Of a stretch of 64,000 bases of DNA, positions 55,179 to 64,000 are shown in pieces. Numbering within the stretch: position 1 is the stretch's first letter; the number at the start of each line of letters is the position of its first letter. The DNA is from the human T2T-CHM13v2.0 reference genome, Homo sapiens, in assembly GCF_009914755.1 (NCBI RefSeq), contig NC_060926.1; one strand, 5' to 3'. The notes beneath the pieces were generated by a model. It was not told where the DNA came from and searched no databases. It saw nothing but the letters and a program-made list of their open reading frames with translations. Made by a program: the position numbers and the translations under genes.

Positions 55179-56912
55179 AAAAATATATATTTTTTCTATA
55201 TGTTATTGGGGTATAGGTGGTGTTTGGCTACATGAGTAAGTTCTTTAGTGGTGATTTGTGAGATTTTGGTGCACGCATCACCTGAGCAGTATACACTCAC
55301 CCTATTTGTAGTCTTTTATCCCTTGCCCCCCTCCCAACCTCCCCTCCAAGTCCCCAGAGTCCATTGTATCATTGTTATGCCTTTGCATCCTCATAGCTTA
55401 GCTCCCACATATCAGTGAGAACATACAATGTGTGGTTTTCCTTTCCTGAGTTACTTCACTTAAAATAATAATCTCCAATCTCATCCAGGTCGCTGCAAAT
55501 GCCATTAATTCATCCTTTTTATGGCTGAGTAGTATTGCATTGTATATATGTATATATATACACACATATATATATATATACACACACACATATATATATA
55601 TATATACACCACAGTTTACTTATCCACTTGGTGATTGATGGGCATTTGGATTGGTTCCACAATTTTGCAATTGCGAATTGTGCACCTATAAACATGTGTG
55701 TGCAAGTATCTTTTTTGTATAATGACTTCTTTTCCTCTGGGTAGATACCCAGTGGTGGGATTGCAGGATCAAATGGCAGTTCTTCTTTTAGTTCTTTAAG
55801 GAATCTCCACACTGTTTTCCACAGTGGCTTTACTAGTTTACATTCCCACCAGCAGTGTAGAAGTGTTCCCTGATCACTGCATCCATGCCAACATCTACTG
55901 TTTTTTGATTTTTTGATTATGGCCATTCTTGAAGGAATAAAGTAGTATCTCATTGTGGTTTTGATTTGTACTTCCCTGATCATTAACGATGTTGAGCATT
56001 GTTTCATATGTTTGTTGGCCATTTGTGTATCTTCTTTCGAGAATTGTCTATTCATGTCCTTACCCCACTTTTTGATGAGATTTTTTTTTCTTCTTACTGA
56101 TTTGTTCGAGTTCGTTGTAGATTTTGGATAGTAGTCTTTTATCGGATGTATAGATTGTGAAGATTTTCTCCCACTCTGTGGGTTATCTGTTTACTCTGCT
56201 GACTCTTCCTTTTGCCGTGCAAAATCTCTTTAGTTTAATTAAATAGCTATTTATTTTTGTTTTTATCGCATTTGCCTTTGGGTTCTTGGTCATGAAATCT
56301 TTGCCCAAGCCAATGTCTAGAAGGTTTTCCAATATAATCTTCTAGAATTTTTATAGTTTCAGATCTTAGATTTAAGTCCTTAATCCACCTTGAGTTGATT
56401 TTTGTATACGGCTAGAGAAGAGGATCCAGATTCATTCTACATATAGCTAGCCAATTATCCCAGCACCATTTGTTGAAAAATGTGTCCTTTCCCCACTTTA
56501 CATTTTTGTTTGCTTTGTTGAAGATCAGTTGGCTGTAAGTATTCGGGTTCTTTTCTGGATTCTTTATTCTGTTCCATTGGTTTATGTGCTTATTTTTATA
56601 CCAGTACCATGCTGTTTTATTGACTATAGACTTATAACATAGTTTGAAATCAGGTAGTGTGATGCCCCCAGATTGGTTCTTTTTGCTTAGTCTTGCTTTG
56701 GCTGTGCAGGCTCTTTTTTTGCTTCCATATGAATTTTAGAATTGATTTTTCTAAACCTGTAAAGAATGATGATGGTATTTTGATGGGGATTGCCTTGAAT
56801 TTGTAGATTGCTTTTGGCAGTATGGTTATTTTCACAATATTGATTCTACCCATCCATGAGCATAGGATGTGTTACCATTTGTTTGTGTCATTTATGATTT
56901 TTTTCAGCAGTG
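55179..56912 (-). mobile_element. 5'-truncated L1PB-type LINE (ORF2 C-terminus + 3'UTR)
   Basis: ORF 55519..56055 encodes the L1 ORF2p Cys-rich C-terminus ([26 protein letters not shown]); 15-bp TSD TTAAACACAAGACTT at 55164 and 56913; internal (TA/CA)n. Confidence 0.93.
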
Positions 56913-57329
56913 TTAAACACAAGACTTTTTTTTTCTACTCGTTCTTTAACCCACAGCCCCTTGGCTTTGTTCCCAACAAACTCCTGGTGTAATTCTCCAC
57001 CTCCTAATTTCCAGGTCAGTAGACTCTTTCCAACCATCACTTTGCTTGAACTTTCTGCATATCTGGCCTTGCCCACACCCACACCCCTGTCTTCTGCTCC
57101 TACCTAGTGGATGCTGTCTCCTGTGCCAGGTCTCCTGGAACCCCCGATCACTCCCTCAGTTTCCTTTGCTGGCTTTTCTTCCTTTTCACTCTCCTTAAAT
57201 GAAATTCCCTATAGCTTAATCTTTGGATCTATTTGCATTCTCACCATAGTTTTAATGGTCATGTTTACAGAATGATTCACAAACCTGTATCAATCAGGAC
57301 CCTTTGTCTCAAGTAATAGAAACCTGATT

Positions 57330-57567
57330 TCAGAAACAGAAACATAAATTTGCTTTGCACGCAGAAAGAAGGCCGAGGCAGCCCAAGAAACGTGAATGAC
57401 AGGAAAGCCTACTATATGCTGTCTTATGTTACTTCTCTGTATTGGCCAACTACTTATATTGAAAATGATGACATAGAAGTAAAGAGAATTGTAATTCCTT
57501 ACTCATCAATAAAATGAGCAATGTTGGTAGAATGTGCACACATCGAGTAAGATGAAAACAGTCGAGT
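57330..57567 (+). repeat. Isolated ~220 bp copy of the internal segment of the neighbouring MER45-like element
   Basis: Colinear with 58689-58915; flanked by AA(T/C)AGAAACCTGATT direct repeats. Confidence 0.85.
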
Positions 57568-58308
57568 AACAGAAACCTGATTCAAATTTTGCTAAGAAAC
57601 AAAGGGAGAGGTTGTTAACTCATTTATGTAACTCAGGACTCAACTGAGATGCTCAAAATCTGTACTCCTTGAAGGGTTTGTTTTTGTCTGTGTCTCTCAG
57701 CTCTGCTTTTCTCCACATTGGCCTCATTCTCAGGCAGTCCCTCTCTACCTGGTGACAAGTCCAGTGCTCTATGATGTCATGGTCCTCATGTCTCATCATC
57801 CCAGAGGAAAAGGGTGTCTCTTTCCCCACAGATGTAACCAGGTTCCTGTGGAGGACATGGCTTTGCTAAGCCTGCCTGGCTTCTGTGTCCTCCTCTGGGC
57901 CTGAGTGCAGAGGGTGAGAGTCCACATCCCCAGAACCATGGGGACTGAACAGGATTACTACAGAGCAGCAAAGAAGTGGGGCACCAAAGGAAAGGTGGGT
58001 TGTGGAAGGGATGGAAAGGGGAAGGAGATAATACATTCATTTTGACAATTTGAGGAGGTCTAGATTCAGGACATCAGGGCTGTCATCCTGGTTCTTTGGG
58101 TTTCTTGTCTTTTGTCTGTAAAATCGGAAGGTTGGAATTCTAAGGCCCTCTGTCCACCATCATCTTTCTTTAATTCTATGAATAATGGACACATAAAGCA
58201 GAAGCTTTTGAAGGTGCCTCTGGGCATAATCTGAGGGGCAGCAGAGCACAGTGGTTAGAAGTGTGAACTCTGGAAACAGATGTGTCATTCTGTGTGTGTC
58301 CATCATCT

Positions 58309-59282
58309 CAGGATCTGCTCAGTGGGCGTAGTCTCACAGAGCCCCAGGCTCAGAGAGCCTCACACTTATTTTAATGCTCTGCTGTCACTGTCTTGAAATT
58401 CTCAACAATTTTATGTTTGAACTTATGTTTTGCAAGTGAATTCTGACAGACATTGGAGCATACATGAGAGTAGGGAAGATAAGCACAGTATGTTAAGCCC
58501 AATAATAATAATGGAGTATCTGCTGTTCCTTGCTACCTTATTTCCTTACAGAGTACACAACACCTTGTGAACACAGAATTCTGGTGGACCCAGAATATGT
58601 GGGAGTTCAGTGAGACTTAAAGAGGAAAAGGTGAGCATGGCATATTGGCATATCTGCATATCTACCACTGACTTTTCGCTTGGGCCAGAACTTGCTTTGA
58701 ATGCAGAAAGCAGGCCAAGGCATTCCAAGAAACATGAATTACAGGAAAGCCTACCATATGCTCTCTTATGCTACTTCTCTGTGTTGGCTAACTACTTGTA
58801 CTGAAAATGATGACATAGAAGGAAAGAGAATTGTAATTCCCTACTCACCAATAAGCCCAAGGTGAGCAGTGTTGGTAGATTGTGCATATATCAAGTGAGA
58901 TGAAAATAGTTGAGTTGGTTTTGTGCAGCATTTCTACCATTCTGGAGAGAGTGAAATACACACACGAGCGACAAAATAACGAATTGTGAAATTTTGATTA
59001 TTCTGTATATGAGTTACATGCTCTTTTATTTGCATTGAAAACACATTGCACAATATAAAAATGAATGGTAAAACTCATACAATGACAACATTAAATTTTT
59101 TATTAAAATAACATTAAATAGCAAATTAAAACATCATAACAAGTTGAGAGAGAGACTTAGAAAGAAAGGAAAAAGCTTTATATTTTCATACTTTTAATGG
59201 CACTTCTTTCCCTGCTTTTGGAACAAAAGGCTCCACATTTTGATTTTGCACTAAGCCTCACAAATTATTTAGCCTCCCCCTG
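58309..59282. mobile_element. MER45B-like hAT-Tip100 DNA transposon inserted in a MIR
   Basis: CAGG...CCTG termini; TTGCACTAAGCCTCACAAATTAT near the end; MIR halves on both sides. Confidence 0.7.
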
Positions 59283-59479
59283 AATCAGCAAATGACTTTA
59301 CCTCCTGGTGATTCCGTTTCTCTATTTGTAAAGTGGGCACAAACACAGCAATGTCTCCATTATTGGACTGTTGCAAGAATGAACAGTGCTTAGCATTCAG
59401 TAGTTGCTCAATAAACATAAGCTTTTATTATAAAAATGAGTTAGTATAAGACATATCTTTATGATGTGAAATAGTCAAT

Positions 59480-59735
59480 CTTTTTTTTGTTTGTTTGTTT
59501 TTGAGATGGGGCAGGGTGGGTCTCACTCCTGTTGCCCAGGCTGGAGTGCAATGGCATGATCATGGCTCACTGAAGTCTCAACCTCGGGGCTCAGGTGATT
59601 CTCCCAACTCAGCCCCCTGAGTAGCTGGGACTACGGGCATGCACCACCATGCCTGGCTTTTTTTTTTTTTTAATTTTTTTAATTTTTTTTATTTTTAGTA
59701 GAGACAGGCTTTCGCCATGTTGCCTAGGCTGGTGG
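59480..59735 (-). mobile_element. Truncated AluJ
   Basis: Right arm plus expanded T-rich linker and partial left arm. Confidence 0.85.
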
Positions 59736-61999
59736 ATTATTAGATCTTAAATTTCCCTCGATGGTGACTTTCTGTAAACCAAACTTGATAGCAAACTCCC
59801 CTCTTCTATACTTTTCCTATGTTGGAAAAGTTTATTGGAGTAGTTTGAATTTTTCACTGTAGTTTCATTAATAGGCTCACTTAATTTACTACTTAAATGA
59901 TGCCATTGGCATTAGCAGAATACTTTATGTAGTCAGCAGCAGAACAAATAAAGTTAAGAAAAATATTTTAGGGGGAGAATATTGGGGATCAATCTTTTTT
60001 AATTCCAAATAAAAACTGAGGTAAGGATTAAGCTATTAAGTGAAAAAGCAGAAAAGGACATTTTCTACTTCTCAACAACAGATGGCGATGTAGCTAAGCA
60101 AATAGAGGACATTGTTCTCGGAGAAATTCTGTCTTCAAGTGCGAGGAAGCAAAGCTATAAACAACATATGGAAAACAATGAACATTTTAATTAGGTGTTA
60201 ATAACTGAATATTGAATCTTTGTCTTCCACCTAACTCACAACAATGTTATGACAGCTAATTAATAAGTGATTGTAAAGGAAATGATTAATTATTTAGAGT
60301 AATAATTAGAATAGCTTACATGCTTGTAATCATAAAATGGTTTTAAAAGTAGACAGAGGCAAAGCAAGTTATTATTCTGTTGTTACAAAAATATTGCGGT
60401 GCCTCTTTCAGGATGATTCCTATTGTCATTCTGCATTGTCTGGATTTAATAAACAGGCACCATCATGCTTTTTTTTCCCATCAAGTTTCATTTCAGCCAT
60501 GGAATAGAAAATCATGTATGTGTGGTTTTTAAAGGATTTTCTGTCATACTTATTTGAAATTATGTACATGGGAGTAAACTGAAGGCCTACCCATGTGGGG
60601 GGAACTTTTTGGAAAGATATTAACCACAGAACGAACCAAAACAAAACCCTGGACCAGAAGAATAAAGTCTCCCCCTAGAGTCTCTGTCTGTAGTGTCTGA
60701 TTCTCATATATAAAATCAAAACTAAAAAGCAAGTGTATAATCCCAAACTTCTCCTCCTCCGCCTTCTCATTCTGTATTTCAAATCTCTTTGAACTGTCTC
60801 ATGTCTTCAGGATATAATGAAATCCCTTGCTCTGGAAGGAAGCCACAATAGATATATTTCAAGACCTTTCCCTTTCCTTTCTGCTGGTAGCAGAGCTAAT
60901 GTAGTTTACTTACTAGATGAGTCACCATGGATGCTGATACACTCAAGCCAAGTCTACCCTAGTGAGGGGAATTGGAGAATTGTGGCAATTATCTCATAAT
61001 TTAAATAAACAAAGCTTCCCTCATTTTTGTTTCGGTTACCTGAATTTTTCAAGTGAATGTCTAATTTTAGTTTTGAATTATTAGAGGTTGTTCTTGCCTC
61101 AACCCTCTTAGTAGCTAGCAGAGCTCTGGACGGCTTTGAGGTGAAGTGCTTTAAGAATGTGCACCCAAGGCAAATGTATTCTGTGCTTTCTATTTTATCA
61201 TCCCAAGCATTTCTACTTGGCATTTGGGGAAACAATGTGAATAACTCAAGTCTAGGATGAAACATTTCTGGAAGGCAGACAATATTGAGATCTGGAAATG
61301 GTTGTTTGGAGAGCCTAGATATTTCCAATCAGACAAAGACATTCATAATACCATGTCCTTCCAGACAATATGGACCCCAACACGTTTTGTGTGGACCACA
61401 TGTTTCTCGGCTGGCCCCAGTCCAAGCCACCACCTGTACTGAAACTTCCAATTGGGAGTTTACGGCTGATCCTGGCTACCTCTCTTAATCACATCTTTCT
61501 TCTCAGACCATGTCCCCACCTTGCCAATGTGAATTCCTCCATCTTATTACCCCTCACTTAATGCGAGTGAACATTCGAGGGAGATAGAGGAGCTTTGCAA
61601 GTGTAAGGCATGGCTGTCATTTCCGGGTCCTAAAGCATCATATTGTTATTTAATACTTATATTCAATGTCTTAATTATTCAGCACCTTTAAGCCACAATT
61701 GTTTGGCTTCAAATAGAACCTGGGTGATGGTAGTTGCTAAGGTGTGAGCCCAAAATGACTATGATCTGCATTTCTTTTCATAGTGTGCATTTTTGAAGAC
61801 TGACTCTCAACTTTCAGCTTTTGCCACTGCCTGTGATATGTCTTGCTCTATGTGACTCAGCATGAAAGGCTCATCTGGCAATCCCATCTCTAATTTCTTA
61901 TCATTTGCCAGCAGGAGATAGCTATGTTGCCTGTTCAGAGAAGGAGCATCTATCTGATTGACAGGATGCTGTGGGTAGAAGTGGACGTTGGCAGTTGAC

Positions 62000-62180
62000 G
62001 GACCTGGGTTTGAATCCCATCCTTTCACTTCAGTCACGTGCAATATTTCTTACCTTCCCTGAACTTCAACTTTTATTTCTGTAAAACAGGGATAATAATA
62101 TATATCTGGCAGAATAGTGATTAGAAATAACTTGTGTAAAGTGCCCAGCAAAAGGTGAATGCTTAATAATGGTAACCATT
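62000..62180 (+). mobile_element. MIR SINE
   Basis: GACCTGGGTTTGAATCCC...CTGTAAAACAGGGATAATAATA...GTAAAGTGCCCAGCA core. Confidence 0.7.
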
Positions 62181-62464
62181 GTTAAAACTGCTCTTTATGC
62201 AACAGGAGAGAAGATATTTCTATTCTTTTGCTATTATGCCTCATTCTCCTTTCTCCACCGTAGCAGGACTTTACCCCTCAGTTACATATTTTCTAAAAAC
62301 ATACTGTGAGCCCAACACTGTAGGGAACACAAATAACGTGTGGTGCTGTGACTCTGTCTTTAATCAATTACGCTCTTATGAAGAAAAGACAAAATGGACA
62401 TGCATGAAACACAATAATAATAATATCTAATATAGATGGAGAATTTTACTCTGTGACATATTTG

Positions 62465-62665
62465 TGTTAATGCTTTACAAATTAGATCTCATATCCTCAT
62501 CACAATCATCCAGTCAACAAAAGTATTGTTGTCATTCCAATTTTACAGAATAGAAAAACCTCAGAGAGGTTAGGAGTCTTGCCCAAGGTCACACAGCTAA
62601 TAGTGGCAGAATCAGGACTTAAACTTGGGCCATCTGACTCTGGAACCTGAGCTCTTAACCACGCT
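62465..62665 (-). mobile_element. MIR SINE
   Basis: ATTTTACAGAATAGAAAAACCTCAGAGAGGTTAGG...CTTGCCCAAGGTCACACAGCTA core. Confidence 0.75.
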
Positions 62666-64000
62666 GTTTAATTGTTCACATGGACAGTATGAAGTGGTGC
62701 AAACAAAGGGCTGTCAATTTTCAGAGACTGGACAGACCATAGTAGGGTGGAATTTACCCAGAACATTTTTTGGAGGGAGTGTACCTTCATCTGAGTCCCA
62801 CAAGGCATTCTTTAAAAGGGAACGGTTAACAGTAAAATATAACAGTCACAAGAAGGTGAATTAGAAGTTCCCCATGAAACCACATGTCCATCATTTTTCT
62901 GCTTGGCTTAATGCCAGGGCCTGAATCTTCTCAAGTAATTCATGGCTGGTTCAGGTGTCCCCAGCATCCTGTGATCTCATTTCTCTTACATCAATCATTT
63001 GGACATCATTGTTTAAGGAATCAAAGGATTTCTGTGCTGGAAGGGATGCCAGGAGCCCCGTCATGACCTCAAGGGAGAGGGTGGCAGTTGCCCAAGGTGA
63101 CACAGCTGCCCCAGCTAGGAATTGGGTCTCTTGACTGCCATACTCATTCTCTTTCTGCTTTGACACATTGGGACCCTGCCTTTGATGGCATCAAGGATGG
63201 TGGTATAGGTCTTACACAAATTCTCCCAGTTCTGTTTCAAGTGGTTAGCACATAGCACTGTGCAATACTCATTTCCTCATTGGTACTTACCTTCTCTTTA
63301 TCAAGGCAGTAAGAATTTCCCCAAAGACATTATTGGTCAGTCTGCATCTCCCTCATCAAAATGCTACTCTATTGTCTTGTTGAGAATCAAACACCATATG
63401 CTGGGGGCCCCTTCTCTCCTCCTCAGAAGTCGTGCTTCCCCCCAAACTGGAAGCAAAGCATGTTCACACTCAAAATCCTGAGCGTTTGATTAGATTTTAA
63501 AGTTGGCTGTACACCCTCTTCCTGCCACCCAATATGTTATGGGTTTGGCTGAAGAGGCTTTTGTTTTGAACTAATGTCTTTATTTAAAACAAAAATTCAG
63601 AGCCTGGTTCGACAAATGCATAAACAGGTATCCGATTTAGAGTGACTTCTTTGAAGAGGCAGCCTCTCGCCGGCTGTCAGTGGGTCCCTGCTGAGTTGTT
63701 TGATGCATTCACTGCATTTTATATTACTTAATGTGGCTTATGTATCTGCCAATAAATCTGAAATACAGGTCACAGAATATGTAGCTCAAGGAAATCCATA
63801 AAAGTAGTAGAGAGAGGCTTCACTAACTGCATCAGATTGCCAAAAGCTGAGGTCATTTCCTCTTGATAAAAATGTAGGGCTCCATAAATTATTTTTATCA
63901 CCTCCAGAGTCAAGCAAACAGTTTTGCACAGATGCCAAAGGGGTTTCATTGCCTTTTCTCCTCTTTAAGCTGAAAACATTTTCCCAAGTCTTCTGCAAAG

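Noticed and set aside
55519-56055. 178-aa ORF as a host gene
   Set aside because: It is the L1 ORF2p C-terminus in a 5'-truncated L1, running into a (TA)n microsatellite.

Overview
This is primate, almost certainly human, genomic DNA from the CCDC93 locus (2q14.1, from established knowledge; INSIG2 is expected further to the right, outside the window). Bases 1-27.4 kb hold the 5' part of CCDC93 on the minus strand. Six coding exons (42+114+95+112+99+57 = 519 nt, 173 codons) have canonical GT-AG junctions and splice into one open frame ([46 protein letters not shown]...). The gene is driven by a CpG-island promoter with NRF1-type motifs and a (GGC)7 tract. The remaining ~36 kb is intergenic and rich in repeats: a 7SL retrocopy, many Alus, MaLR LTRs, a decayed ~8.7 kb ERV1 provirus with a tRNA-Arg primer-binding site and nested insertions, L1 fragments, a hAT DNA transposon, a strong CTCF motif and two repeat-poor, homeobox-motif-rich candidate enhancers. 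Nearly all listed six-frame ORFs are repeat-derived or chance ORFs. I found no convincing new biological system. The best leads are an in-frame poly-Gly N-terminal extension of CCDC93, an apparently unannotated 3'UTR retrocopy splitting a MER5A, a templated local copy of a MER45 segment, and a stop-free exon 2-6 circle flanked by inverted Alus. Repeat subfamily names come from recalled consensus sequences and need RepeatMasker/Dfam confirmation.
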